Positions 38,501-51,782 of a DNA stretch of 64,000 nt are shown here, piece by piece. Source of the DNA: Eledone cirrhosa (lineage: Eukaryota); contig OZ024740.1 of NCBI GenBank assembly GCA_964016885.1, forward strand, positions 286,254,001-286,318,000. The letters run 5' to 3'. A program made the translations under genes and the position numbers. The notes under the pieces were generated by a model. That model did no database searches and was not told the origin of the DNA. It was given only the letters and a program-made list of their open reading frames with translations. The stretch's first letter is position 1, and each line of letters opens with the position of its first letter.

Positions 38501-40441
38501 AGTATTAATGAATAATGAATATGAGATATAGGGAATTGTGGTTGATAATTGTTAGATTCAATAATGACTACTCGATAATAGCAATCACTGTCATCATTTT
38601 AATGACCATCTCTCTGTATTCGAAATGGATAAATCACTCTTGTGTTATATCATTAGCTTTTATATAATTTCTTTTCTTTCCTGATCTAACGATCATGGAA
38701 GCATTTCACCAGCAACTCACAGTATATTTTTCCTTAACATACATTATCAATGCATTATACATCTGTGCATGTCATCAAATATGCATATAATACCCAGACA
38801 CTTCACTGACACTCATGCACTCAGTCACCCCTGTGTGTTCAATGGAGCATAAACAATTCACTTTTTTAATCACTTAAAATCTATTGCATTCTTTTTTGTA
38901 TGAGTTATTACCATACTACTATATCACATTTCATACTGACTCCTACACACTTTGTTGCCAACAGAAGCTGTTTTCACTCCCTTTGGACATAATCCACAAT
39001 ATTATAACATCATTTCCAACATTCAATATATGATTCAATAAAAATAAAAATTTACTAAATATTTCTATCAAACTATCTTAGATGCTTTAGTTACACCAGT
39101 GCAGCTGATTAACAGCTACTCCAAAGTTCTTTATAAGATTATCACCTTTTAAGCTAACAAAACATTAAACTTCTCACATCGTTTATATAGTTTTTCTGTC
39201 TTCTACTGCTATTTTACCCTGTAAAGTGGTGGATGAACAAACTGAGACAACATAGGGTAGAAGGGACTCTTTGCTCCTTGTTAGGATTTGACAACCTCTC
39301 AAGTTTTGATGCCATAAAATGCACACAGGGCATCCAGCTACAGAAACCATACCAAAATATAGAAAGAACAAAGATGTGATTGTTCCAATCCATCTAATAT
39401 CTGATGATGGTAAACTGTCCAACTCGTGCCAGCATGGAAAGTAGGTGTTAAATGATGATGATAATGTTTTTAACTAAAATCCACCGTTTCAAATTCAAGT
39501 TGACCTATGCTCAAAAGCATTCCAGCATGGGCATATTATTCATAAGGCTGACTAAGCTGAAGCCTAGGGGCCCATCAACTGTAGTGGGGTGAAAGATTTA
39601 AGTATTAGAGAGAGCCTAAAATACATGAAAACCTAGGAATTGGCCATGGGTTAATATGGTCCAGTATTCCAGCTATTATCACCCTGTCTTTCTTATATCT
39701 GAAACTACATTATTCCTTTTTCAAGACAGTAGGGTGTGATTTCAGGGGGATATGACTACCTCTAGCAGCTCGAATGAGCACGCAAAGTTGGTCTCATTGG
39801 TTCAATTAATTATTTGACAATTTGTTAGTTTGATAAATTTTAATGATTCAAAGCTATTAATTTTTTTTCAGGTATTCAAATTAACAGTTCTATTTGTTTA
39901 TATTTTCCTTTATTTATTTATTTATTTATTACTACTAAGTTTGATTTGAGCCCTGTGGGATTTTGGCAACCAGTTCAAGATGTATGTTTATTAGTTTGAA
40001 ACAAATGTCTTTACATATTCTTGTTTTAAATTTCTAACACCAATTGTAGCTTTAATTGTGAGTTTCTAGATTGCAGGTTGTATATATCTAGGTTTGATAA
40101 TATATAATTTATTATTTCCGTCCAGCTTTTTTTTGTTAAAATAAAAACAAATAAAAAATAAATTTTATTTCGTTTTCGTTGGTTTAGAATATTTCCTTGC
40201 TATTTACGCTAATTTCAGAGAATCATTGTAAGTATCTGTAGGCAAAGCAACATTAGATTAATACAAGGCCGTGTTTTCTTTTTCCTTTATTCATTTTTGT
40301 CTTAATATTTTTATTTAATTTCCGTGTCTATAAAAATTTCAGTCTCGAAATTTTGTTTTCTTTAAAAGATGAGTCATTTATCTAAGATAGCGCTGAGATA
40401 TTCTGTAGTGAGTGGGTAAGATAATATATACATTAGGCGAA

Positions 40442-40554
40442 ACCCACTGATGAAGCCACATGTGCCAATTGTGCATTGTTGCATAATAAATGCAGACAGT
40501 GGATGCTCTGCATTCTCTCTTTGCATTAAGTGTGGCCAAAACTCGAGTACGGGT
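40442..40554 (+). ncRNA. Minimal type-I hammerhead ribozyme motif, core-mutated
   Basis: ACCCA-CUGAUGA-AGCCACA...UGUGGCC-AAAA (for GAAA)-CUCGAG-UA-CGGGU. Confidence 0.6.
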
Positions 40555-40689
40555 ATAGATTTATGGTACATGTGTTGTATTGAAGCGAATAACTTTGTGT
40601 CTACTCTGGGATTTTTACATAACCTTACCTATTGAGTACGCTGAGATGCAACTGGTACTAGCAGTGAAACATGTTAGTACCGTAAACTT

Positions 40690-40726
<37 letters not shown>

Positions 40727-40786
40727 ATATATATATTCCCAACCCCTCTCAGTTGGATGGACTAATCTTGAAGGTGTCTTCATATT

Positions 40787-40968
40787 TACGAGTGTTGGCG
40801 GAAAAGTTCATATGCTGACCAAGATACTCTCATGGAATGACCAAATGAGGTTTATTTTTTAACACAGTCCCCGGAAAGAAACAATGCAGTTATTAATAAG
40901 AATTGAAATTAGCTCTTAGGCGTCACTACTCTAATAGTCGGCCTATGAACTTTTCAGCCAAACTCGTA
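40787..40968. mobile_element. Tc1/mariner-type MITE
   Basis: TA-cgagtgttggcggaaaagttcata...tatgaacttttcagccaaactcg-TA. Confidence 0.8.
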
Positions 40969-41384
40969 TGTCCAATAATCATAGACAACAGAAATTTGAC
41001 CATGTAATTATTGTTAGTTAAAGAATATAGTTTTTCTATAAATAGTCTTAAAAATTCAACAAATTATAACCAGGTCTGCATTGCTAACATTTTTTGTGTA
41101 TTTTTTGTACTGTTGGAGCTGACATAATACTTGCCATTTCATATAACTTCTCACTGTATTATATCACACCTAACTAGCAGTGATAGTTAAAGCATTAACA
41201 AGATTATTTCAGTATATGAGTGATACAATAAAATATAATTCTTTGTGTAATAATATGACAAATTTTTGCACGGTACTAATTATCATAAAATATAATTATC
41301 AAGCAACTAAAGAAAAAGGCAGTAAATGTTTTTTTGTTTGTTTTTTTTTACCAATTTATAAGTAATTACCTACTCATCAAATAA

Positions 41385-42235
41385 CATCCATGAAAAGCAT
41401 CACAATCATTTTTATTTGAGTGTCTAAAGCAACAACTCTTGTCCTTGTGTCATCTGCCGCTCTTTGTTTGTGCAGCCATCATATAACGCAGAAGCAGACT
41501 GGATCTTAAAACTTATCGTTCATTAATGTTATTTATCTAAGAAAATAGAGAAATTGCTTTAAAAAAATAAAGATATAAGATAAAATAAGCATTTTCGTTT
41601 CACCCTTTGGGGAAGTGACTTTGATTTCAGTTTTTCATGTCATTTTTTTTCAGCTGCATTTATTTTCTTTTTTACCCAGTCCAGTGGCACACCGAACATT
41701 GTCCAAATGACCGTATGGCCAGCTCGCTTCTAGCACGTTGCAGGATTCCACTGAACAAGACGTCCGTGTAGTGTAACAAACCTAAAGGTCGATAAATGAT
41801 TTATGAGAATTCCTGAGCATGTTATGTTCATGTAATTGAATGATATATCATACTCAGCAGTACTAATGAGAATAAATTTTGAACACTTCAGTAATGAGCA
41901 TAAATCTTGCGAATGTATGACATTAATGTTCCTTGTAGCATTTATTACATGGAAAAAAAGCTGAAACTTCTTAGACGGATGATATTGGTATTTTTCCATA
42001 ATTAGGCTGGTCAGTAGCATTTACGGACACATTTTAACAGTCTTTTTGTCACTCCTAAATCTTGTTTTATCCTTCACTGCATTTCCAAAATGAAGACAGT
42101 GCTTCATAATTTTGCCACACAGCTGAAACTGTTCAAAATAACCTAGTCACACACATGATGCCTAACACTTTCTATTTTGCAAATTTGTCCTCGTTCTCAG
42201 GCAGATTTAGCAATTTTTTTCTTTTTTCAGAGGTG
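41385..42235 (-). pseudogene. hAT transposase relic (KIAA1586/ZNF862-like)
   Basis: Across frameshifts: TVSAVWQNYEAL, LHFGNAVKDKTR, ISTAEYDISFNYMNI (hATC-like), FVTLHG.LVQWNP and WLHKQRAADDTRTR. Confidence 0.6.
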
Positions 42236-42704
42236 ATCTAATGTTATTAACAGAATACAATTTATTCATAAATCATTGAAAATTATTAATTTATTCATTC
42301 CATGAACTTCTCTCACTAAATCACCTACTGCAAGTTCTAATCATAAATGCAAGTTTTATTGTTCAGTTATATAAATAACTTTACAATTTGTTTATAATTC
42401 TTACAGAATGAAAATATAAATACAATTAATTATTGCTAGGAACTTCACAAATATAATGCACAAGAATATATGATCAAATCGAGAAAAAGAAACGGAAAGT
42501 AGAAACAACAAACAAACTCACCACCAAGTGCGACAATAGGTCATACAGCACAAGGTGTCAACAGAAAATGAGTTCTAATCTGTGATTAAAACAGCGCAAA
42601 ATTATAACATCAGGGTATAACTATAATAAAGTAAGGAGTGCGGAACTGCGTACGGTTTATAATTTTTTTAATCCCATTAGTAAAATAGGTTGGATTACTT
42701 TGAA

Positions 42705-42899
42705 TAAATAATTGTTTCTACTATTGGCACAAGGCCAGCAATTACCCAGTGCATTACTGGTACTTTATTTTATCAACCCCGTAAGGATGAAAGGCAAAGT
42801 TAACCTCGGCGGGATTTTAACTCAGAATGGCAACGGCCGTAACTCAATGCGTCAAAGCATGGCGTCCGACCCTCTACCGATACTGCCAAGTCACCGCCA
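42705..42899 (-). mobile_element. SINE family A
   Basis: Full-length reverse-complement match; tttgaataaata occurs on both flanks. Confidence 0.85.
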
Positions 42900-42929
42900 T
42901 TCAATAATTTGAATAAATATAACATAATT

Positions 42930-43292
42930 TATCTACTAAATTTCGTAGTTGTTGATTAAATATATTTTATAGTTTATTTAAAAATTCACTTCTTTAAAAT
43001 TTTCAAATGTCAACACTTCCGGTTAGCGATCGGTTAAATAAACATTCATATATTTCTGTCACTAATTTTCTCCTAATGCAGTTGAGATATAATATTGTCT
43101 TTTTTTAATGTATCATGGATTACGTTACTGATTACATAAGACAGTGTAACACAGTCTTCGTTCAATTTCTGTGTCAATTCCGATTTTATTTGATGTATCA
43201 TATCTACATGTATATATACTTGCGTATAATATCAATATGCACACTACACATGCTAGCAGAAAACCATCCGAAGGGTGGTTTTTCTGCTAGTG
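42930..43292 (+). mobile_element. Non-autonomous Helitron relic
   Basis: 42930-43050 resembles 25950-26060; ends in a hairpin with CTAGT. Confidence 0.45.
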
Positions 43293-43804
43293 TTCTTTAT
43301 AATTGCTGCAACACCAGGCATTACTCTCACCACGCCATTAGTGCATGCTACAAGGTTCTGTTTCAAGTAAGTGTAATCAAATCCATTGTCGAAGAGACCG
43401 TTCAAATAGATACTTAGCAATATTTGTAGTTTTCTAACCAATTAGTAGAATATACTACCAATGGGTAGAATATATCAGACAAAAAGAATTATTCATACTT
43501 ATTTAAAGATGGTTTTCTTATATTGTGAAGTTGTTTTGAATAATACCAAATTAAATTTATTTCCGTTCACCTAAAAGTTATAAATATAAGCCAGCAAAGA
43601 AAATATATAAAAGACTATTTTAGACATTTTTATGCAAAATATTTTAGACATTAGCTACAAGTCGAAAACAAATGGAGTTTATAAATAGTAAGCGTTAGTA
43701 TTTGTTATCTTAATTGATATTGGAATATATAAAACATTTATATAATGAAGAGTTGTATAAATAACATTGCAAATAATTAAAAGAGAAATGAAAAAAGAAA
43801 GTAA

Positions 43805-44035
43805 TACATACATCTAGTACCACATACAGCGAAATGGGTGAATAAACGAACCGCTGCCAGAACAAAAGATAACAATATCACGAGGAGCACTGGGAAAGTT
43901 CTCTAATAATATTTTGAAGCAAGCCAGCACGTTTGTTACGTTACCTTTGGGTGATGGCGAGGCTGATGCGCTGGAATAGCCAAGCTCCTTCACGAGCATA
44001 ACTAGTTACTTCGGTTAGGCGAGCTGCCAGTGAAG
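43805..44035 (-). mobile_element. CRE-like (RLE) non-LTR retrotransposon 3' end
   Basis: GAWLFQRISLAITQR..NVLACF; the 3' UTR is shared with 60840-61170. Confidence 0.75.
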
Positions 44036-44904
44036 AAGACCAAAACCATAAAATGAGAATCCTCTTCCTGACTACCTTCACATTTCAAATAGAGTATTAG
44101 TAGTCTTAATGCTCTGATTTTAATAATTCATGACAAAAAGAGAAAAAAACTTATTTATCTGCTAGAATATTTTCATTTTCATATTAGTGGTTATGTGCTT
44201 AATTATCTGTGTAACATTAGTGCAGGGGTACAGTCCAATTCTAATATCAACACCGTTTTTCTTTTGAAGTTCCTGTAAGGCAAAATGATCAGAATATGGT
44301 CTGTCATTCGTAGCTAAATAATATGCAGGACGAAGAAATGATCAACTTGCCTTTAGGTGAGAATCGTCAATGGTGTAGTTTTCTAAGAGCATCTTCATTA
44401 AGCTCTTTTTACAGCACTTAAAGGAACAGTGTGGGCTATTTATAGTCGGTGGTAGTTTTTTTTTTAATCTTCAAACGTGTATTTCGATCGGTTCCATAAT
44501 ATGACACTGTGAGGAACGGTCATAATTCTAACAATAGAAGTAATAGTAGTAACAGTAACAACGTGATCTGAGAGAAATTTGTCTACTGTCTAGCTGGTCA
44601 AGTGGAAACAATGGCTCCCTCACATGGCAGGTGCAATGTGTCTGAACACGGAAGAGCCGAACTCCCACCGTCATCGCCCCCATCTCTCTGTATAGTGAGC
44701 AAATGGGGTTCCATGTGCTGGCCGCTCCACAGCTCCGGCTGACAGAATGGAGGCGTTTCCTCGGAGGATGGTAAGCGCTTATGGTGATGAGTAGGGAGGT
44801 AGGCCAAGGGCACGACCGCAAACCTCACAGCCTCGAACCCTTAAAAATCAGAAGTTTCCGACATGTTCACGTTTCCACCCATGTTTATTATTAGGAATAC
44901 GTTT

Positions 44905-45098
44905 AGGCGGTGAATTGGCAGTATCGGTAGAGGGTCGGACGCCATGCTTTGACGCATAGAGTTACGGCCCTTGCCATTCTGAGTTCAGATCCCGCCGAGG
45001 TTAACTTTGCCTTTCATCCTTATGGGGTCGATAAAATAAAGTACCAGTAATACACTGAGTAATTGCTGGCCTTGTGCCAAAAGTAGAAACAATTATTA
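44905..45098 (+). mobile_element. SINE family A, full-length with TSD
   Basis: tRNA-like head and conserved core; ttattaggaatacgttt is duplicated on both sides. Confidence 0.9.
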
Positions 45099-45143
45099 GG
45101 AATACGTTTCTTTCTTATTCTTCCACTTTTCTCCAGTATTAGT

Positions 45144-45310
45144 GAAGGCACATGGCTTAGTGGTTAGAGAATTGGGCTTGCAATCGAAAGGTTGTGAATT
45201 CATTTCTTGGACCGGGTGATGTGTTGTTTCCTTGAGCAAGACACTTTATTTCACGTTGCTCCAGTTTACTCAGCTGTAGAAATGAGATGATAGGACTGGA
45301 GTCCCTATCC
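45144..45310 (+). mobile_element. SINE family B
   Basis: Matches 35539-35705. Confidence 0.8.
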
Positions 45311-46267
45311 TAACGAGATATACCTTGGAGGAGGCCAGCTAAACCTGCATAGGTGTATAGCTGTAAAAGAAGAAGTATCGACACCCGAACAGAGATACAA
45401 ACCTGATTCCAAAACTCTATTACTTTCTGAGCTGCATTTGAACTAGAAACAGGCAAACTACAACTTTGATCACTTTTACTGTTATTAGTTTCGTCTAGAT
45501 TATATATGTAACACTTTCTCAGTTCATTCTCGAACGAAAATACTAATGTTATTTGAAGCCATATACCTATTAGCGGGGTGGATTTATTTTCGTATTAGCG
45601 AGTAATCCTAAGACTAACAAACGCCTACCAAACATGAAGCCTTACTAATGCAACTGAGTATACATAAAATCTGTTAAGAATAAAGTTTTTATTGAATGGA
45701 AGTGGAAAATTCGGAAATAGTGTATTAGACAAATGTAGGATTATCCTTCATTTTAAAATCACAGATAATTTCCAGTTATTTCCGTGAATGAAAATTACTG
45801 GAAGTTGTCTGTGCTATCAAAATGAAGGATTTCCCAAAATGTCTTATTTGCAAACATTCTCGCCTGCCGATACAAGAGCAAACTGATGGAAATGGCTGTC
45901 AAAAGGCAAAGAAGTTTCAAATTTTACATAGTGATTTTATTCGTATTTATAAAATTAAAAATTTCGTATTTCGAAAGTGACATTGTTTACAGATGTCAGG
46001 ACGGCAGTTATTTTACACATGATCGTAACAAGTTATTTTACTCAAGCGAGAAAATTAATATAATTCAGTATGGATTTAATTTTTTTTTTCATAATGCCTG
46101 GTTCATCATTGAAGTAAAACAAAATGTAGGGCAAAACTATGTAGGGCAATATTTTATTCGACACTTATCAGCATTAAGGTCATACACGAGCCAACTCTGG
46201 AGCCTCTAAGCGGTCGTTTAACATTCTAGAATAGCAATCCAATCTCCCTCAAATCACTCCTACTTTA

Positions 46268-46800
46268 GGAAAGCGACCAGACGGTCTTATCCTTTGTCCC
46301 TGGGTGAGAGGTAGATGTCTCATCTGGGACGTCACAGTCAGTGACTCTTTTTCTCCTTAACATCATGGACGCCGCGGTGAATGTGGGGGTCACTGCTTCC
46401 GCTGCCGAACGGAATAAAATTCGGAAATACCAGGAGTTATTAAACAATTATTTTTTCCAGCCTGTGACGTTCGATGGAGTTGGGCCGTTGACAACGAAGT
46501 TCTTGTCTTCACTGGCAATTCGCCTTACTGAAGTGTCAGGTAATGCCCGTGATGGTGCATGGTTATTTCAGCGCCTTAGCCTCACCATCACTCGTGGTAA
46601 TGTTGCGAGCATTTTGGATTGCCTGTACAATTAACCCCCAAGGTGTTGCCGATTGTCGCACTTGATGGTGAATTGCTCCCCTCCCCCTTTTTTTCTTCTT
46701 TCTTTCCTTTAACATTTTTGTTCCTGATTTTATATTCGTTATGTTATTTATGTATATATTTAAAACATATTTGCAACGTTATTCTACTGTAAATTTATAC
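46268..46800 (+). mobile_element. CRE-like non-LTR retrotransposon 3' end
   Basis: [16 protein letters not shown]...AERNKIRKY...WLFQRLSLTITRGN (PD..D/ExK restriction-like endonuclease). Confidence 0.85.
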
Positions 46801-48604
46801 AATCTTAAGAAAGTCTTAAAAGATAACGTAGTCCTAGATTCAACCCTAAAGTGATGTAGTTAACCATGGCTGGAATGACTGATCATAGGTCTTTTCGATA
46901 ATGTTTGACTTGGGGGTCAAACACAACGAAAGAGCATATACTTGGTTGCACGAGATTGCTAGAAATAGCAGTCAACTTTCCCCAAAACCTCATTCTACCT
47001 TAAAAAGAAAGGAGACATTGGATAATGTAATTCTAGATACTTATTAAGACCTTATTGATCACGACTAGAAAACGATCTGTTTAAGCAGTATTGGCCTCGG
47101 ACAAAACAACATGACAATCTATCTGATTTGCTAACAATCTATCTGTTCACGAACATTGGCGGTGGGAGGTCAGCAAATGTCTAAATGAGAAAATGAATTT
47201 AGGATTAAGTGTCTGTTGATAAAAGTCGTTTATTGTAATTACGGATAATGTTTATTATTATGAAACTTGTTGGATTCCAAACAGCTTATCTTTAATTTTA
47301 AATTATTCATTTATTAGTACTAAAGCTCTGGATATTGTTATTCAAATTTTTAAATAAACTGCTGGACTTGCGACTCCGAAGCCCACAGGGTGGAACAAGT
47401 AAAAAAGAAAATGAATAAATAGCTACAATTACTACATAGGTAAAAAAAGAAAGCGTGCTAGCTATGAAGATGTATAGTGATGGCGACACTGGCGTTTATA
47501 GTGTAATTTGAAGGAAACTGCCATTTCTTGCCGAGAGAACAACCGCGAAAAGCCCTACTCGAAACTGATTGTGTTGTTTAGCCCCAGGTCACCCCTGATT
47601 GAGCAGACATGATGAAAGATGTTATTATCGTGATCATTCAATCCTTTGTATGATTTGAGAGGTTTGGCTGCTATTTCCAGCAGTTTGAGCAATCGAAGAG
47701 ACGCCGGCTTGTATGACTAACAATTGCAATGGTCGCATTGTGATTTAATTAGGCTTTGTTTGACATCTTCAGTTTAGAACACAATTAGCTTACGAGAACG
47801 GTTGGACTCTTATAAAAGAAGATTGAACTCTTATAAAAAATGTGGTTGTAGCACACAGTATGTCATAAATATTTTAAAGAGTAGATTTCTTTTTTTGGGG
47901 GGGAGGGGGGGGGGTGAGTAATTAGATTTGAGATTTTTCTGAGAAAACTTTATACATACGCTCTGTACTCTATGGCATCGTGAATTGAGGGCTGTAATAT
48001 TGAAGAAGTCCTCCTTCGGTCATGACTGACCATGGGTTTTCACCTGGACAGGGTGTTTTGTGGGTCAACAGTCACTTATGCATGCAATCTTCCCTCCCCA
48101 CGCCACCGATGTTATCTAAGGGAAAGGTGAAGGGGCATGGTTTAGTGGTTAGGGTATTGGGTCCTTGAGCAATACACCTTACTGGTGGGAAAATGAATTA
48201 GACGACATTGGTGCAAAATTTGATGTAAACAGTAGAAGTCAGGGAAAGTAGTGATTTTCTGCGTTAGCGCAAAGTAGTACAAGCTATGGAATATATTTTA
48301 TGCCACGAGAAATTTCAGATATTTGTAATTTTTTGAAGAGTGAAAATATGTCTTATCAAACCGTAAAAATTGCAATGGAAAAAAAAAATAGTGAAATGAC
48401 ATGGAGGGATAGATGTAGAGAGAGAGAAGCAGAAAAACCTATTTGAGTAATGTGGGTGTAGTACGATGTAGGGGGAGTAAAAAGTCAGGGATTGGTAGTA
48501 AACGTATTGGCAAGCCACTTGAAATGGGCAAAACGGCAAAGGACCTACATTATATGGTCACAAAAAGAATTTTTTTTGATGGAGCGAGAAGGAAGAAAGA
48601 ATGG

Positions 48605-48815
48605 ATTCATGGTTTCTAATTTAGGGACAAGACCAGACATTTTGAGAGGTGGGTAAGTCGATTGAATCAACTCCAGTACTTGACTGGTACTTTATTTTAT
48701 TGCTCACGGAAGGATGTATGGCAAAGTTGACCCGAGTGTGATTTGAACTCAAAACATAGAGAGCCGGAACAAATACCACAAAGTATTTGTCCGATGCTCT
48801 AATGATTCTGCCAAC
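48605..48815 (-). mobile_element. SINE family A, diverged
   Basis: Core and B box visible in reverse complement. Confidence 0.65.
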
Positions 48816-49260
48816 ATAAAAGAAAAATTCGTGGGGGAAAAATAAATTTAAAGAATTCTTAAGCTATAAGGAACCGGAATGTTAGGACTGGTCAGTATAT
48901 GATGAAAAGTCAGAAAGGTGAAAATATAAAAATAGAACAGTATGTTGTGGGTGCGCTGTCCACAAGTATAACCACACTCAGGCACCCATCAACACGTACA
49001 TATATCTGCTTTGAATTTTATATTTGAGATTCCCCAATTTCTGCCCCCACTTTTCACTGACGTAGAAATAACTAAATAAATTTATCTGAATTACTTAGCA
49101 AGCATTTTTGAGATAAGTGACTCATATTTGGTGATATATTATGACGTACATATGTGCCTATTATATATATAAATTATATATATATATATATATATATAAT
49201 TAATTTATATATATATATAATTTATATATATAATTAATTTATATATATATATAATTAATT

Positions 49261-49291
<31 letters not shown>

Positions 49292-49588
49292 ATTTATATA
49301 TATATATTTATTAAAATAACAGATTAAAGTTTAAGCAAAGAATCGCTGCTTTCACCCTTAACGATGACACAACAGTCCACACTGTAAGGTGGTCGTGTAG
49401 GAGACACGGTGAAAAGGCTTCCAGTCCACACTGTAAATGTGGTTGGTGTTAGGAAGGGCATCTAGCTGTAAAAAAAACCCTGCCAGAGACGCTTCCGTGC
49501 GAGCGAGACATGGTCTCCCGACCATTCCTGCATCAAATGGAACAAAAGCGTCTAACCCATGCTGACGTGGAAGATGGACGTTAAACGG

Positions 49589-49624
<36 letters not shown>

Positions 49625-49746
49625 AGGAGGTGAGTTTTATTGTAGCACAATAAAGCAATGCAAATATCGGATAAGTAGTACTCAACAGTTTAAAGGACTG
49701 GAGTATAAATAATATAAAATCAAAAGATGGTTAAAAGAGTTCCGTG

Positions 49747-49817
49747 TATTTTATTATGCGCATTTCAAAAACAAATATCATCATGGGATGATATTTGCGT
49801 TCTCATCAGATAAAATA
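49747..49817 (-). ncRNA. Minimal type-I hammerhead ribozyme, intact core
   Basis: UAUUUUAU-CUGAUGA-stem II (CAAAUAUCAU/AUGAUAUUUG)-GAAA-UGCGCA-UA-AUAAAAUA. Confidence 0.8.
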
Positions 49818-50044
49818 GGGAGACATGATATGAAGCTTAAAAAACACTTGCGAGCAGTGAAGTGTTAAATCAACATATGAAAAATAAAATAAGATGGATA
49901 TATGAGATTGGAAAAACGAAAAGGAAGGGGGGAAGGAAAAGGTAAGGAAGAGGAAGAAAGAATATAGATAGAAGAAAAAAAATATAATAATAAGGAAAGG
50001 ATGACGGAGGAGGAGTATAAGAAGGAAGGATGAGAGAGGAGGAG

Positions 50045-50083
<39 letters not shown>

Positions 50084-50600
50084 ACCTTTAATACTGAGAA
50101 ACACTGTCTCAGAGAAAAATTTAAAAACCGTTGTAAGATAATACATAATTTAAAAAAATTAAGAAATTAAAAGTTAATGAGGTTTATGAATGGTGATGCT
50201 TATGATTAAAGAAAAAGGAATGAAGAATACTATTTATTTAAGGTTTATATATTGAAGGGTTTAATAAGATGTGCGAAAAGGAATTTATTAAAATAAAATA
50301 TATTAAGAATATAAGGTGAATGGTAATATTAGTATATATTAAAAATAAAAATGTGTATGGCCGAGAATATAAGGAAAATGCTATAGTGAGTTATAAGATG
50401 AATTAAGAAGTAATTGAGAAGTAAAAGTTGCAGATTAAAGATTAGAAATTAAAAAAGAAGAAAATTAGGGGACTGCTAACGATATAGTATGAGTAATATT
50501 GTAAAATATACTGAAATAAGGTAGAAAGATGGGTATATTTGTAAAAAATATAAAAGCGTTTGAAAAAAAAAAGATTTAAAACTAATTAGGTAGTAAGATA

Positions 50601-51461
50601 TTAGCTGTATACTTTATGGAAAGTTCTATGGGATTTATACAAGCAAAGCGAAAATAAATCCGTACGTCTATTTATTATAGAATTAAAATTAGAGATAATG
50701 GTAAATTTCTCCGCTAGGCAGAGATTACATGTTCTGGATAGGGAAGAATTAAGGTAAGGAGAGGCGTTGCAAACCTTTCTCCAAGAAATGTTGTAGTTAA
50801 TATGTTTGTCCTTTAAGGACCATATGAGTTCTGAGAGTGCTGTGTTAGTTCTTTTAAGTTGGTATTTAAAAGAAGAATTGTGATTATAAAATCTTGCTTT
50901 AAAGGAAGTGGAAGTGGAACCAAAATAGGTAAAAGAAACCTTACATTCATACACTAAATTTTTATCAAGACATTCGGTACTAAGAGGACATTTAGTTCTA
51001 ATAGGGCAATTGCAATTACGATTAGAGAAATTACCAGAGTTATTAGCAAGTGACCCAGTATTATTTATAGAAGGAATTGGATTGGAGAAGTTCCTTACGA
51101 TAGGTGCTAAAAGTTCCTGATTTAGTTTGGTATTATGAACATTCGACAAAGTTACGTTTGACGTCGTATTTAAATTTACGGAATCTAGCCTAGAGTTAAC
51201 ATTGGCGTCGGGCTTACTATTGTTATTATTATGACTCTCAGTGTTGGATGGATATGATTTATTACTTAATATTTTAGTATTATGTTTTGAGATAATGTTA
51301 GAGATGTTGGAAATGGTGGAATAAGAGAATTTAATTGTATGCTTATTAAAGATCTTACTATAAATATGTGAAGGAGGGAAGCATTTATCTAAGGCCCTAA
51401 AAATTAGTTTAGGAATATTACTAATAATAGATAGAGAAAAAGGAGCGTATCCATCCAACAT
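50601..51461 (-). CDS. Penelope-like RT thumb, linker and GIY-YIG endonuclease (truncated, uninterrupted frame)
   Basis: KIFNKHTIKFSYS, CNCPIRTKCPL..ECL..NLVY...YFGST..FKARFYNH..SF and CNLCLAEK. Confidence 0.85.
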   Translation of the reverse strand: MLDGYAPFSLSIISNIPKLIFRALDKCFPPSHIYSKIFNKHTIKFSYSTISNISNIISKHNTKILSNKSYPSNTESHNNNNSKPDANVNSRLDSVNLNTTSNVTLSNVHNTKLNQELLAPIVRNFSNPIPSINNTGSLANNSGNFSNRNCNCPIRTKCPLSTECLDKNLVYECKVSFTYFGSTSTSFKARFYNHNSSFKYQLKRTNTALSELIWSLKDKHINYNISWRKVCNASPYLNSSLSRTCNLCLAEKFTIISNFNSIINRRTDLFSLCLYKSHRTFHKVYS

Positions 51462-51782
51462 TAATTATGTATTATCTTACAACGGTTTAAAAAATTTTCT
51501 CTGTGAGACAGTGTTTCTCAGTATTAAGATTATCCCTCTCTCTCTCACTCATTTTCTCCTCCTCTCTCACCCTTCCTTCTTATACTTCTCCACCGTCATC
51601 CTTTCCTTATTATTATATTTTTTTCTTCTATCTATATTCTTTCTTCCTCTTCCTTACCTGTTCCTTCCCCCCTTCCTTTCCTTTTTTCCAATCTCATATA
51701 TCCATCTTATTTTATTTTTCATATGTTGATTTAACACTTCACTGCTCGCAAGTGTTTTTTAAAGCTTCATATCATGTCTCCC

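Noticed and set aside
41370-42020. Apparent two-exon host gene on the minus strand with phase-matched GT/AG sites
   Set aside because: The peptides across frameshifts are better explained as a decayed hAT transposase C-terminus.
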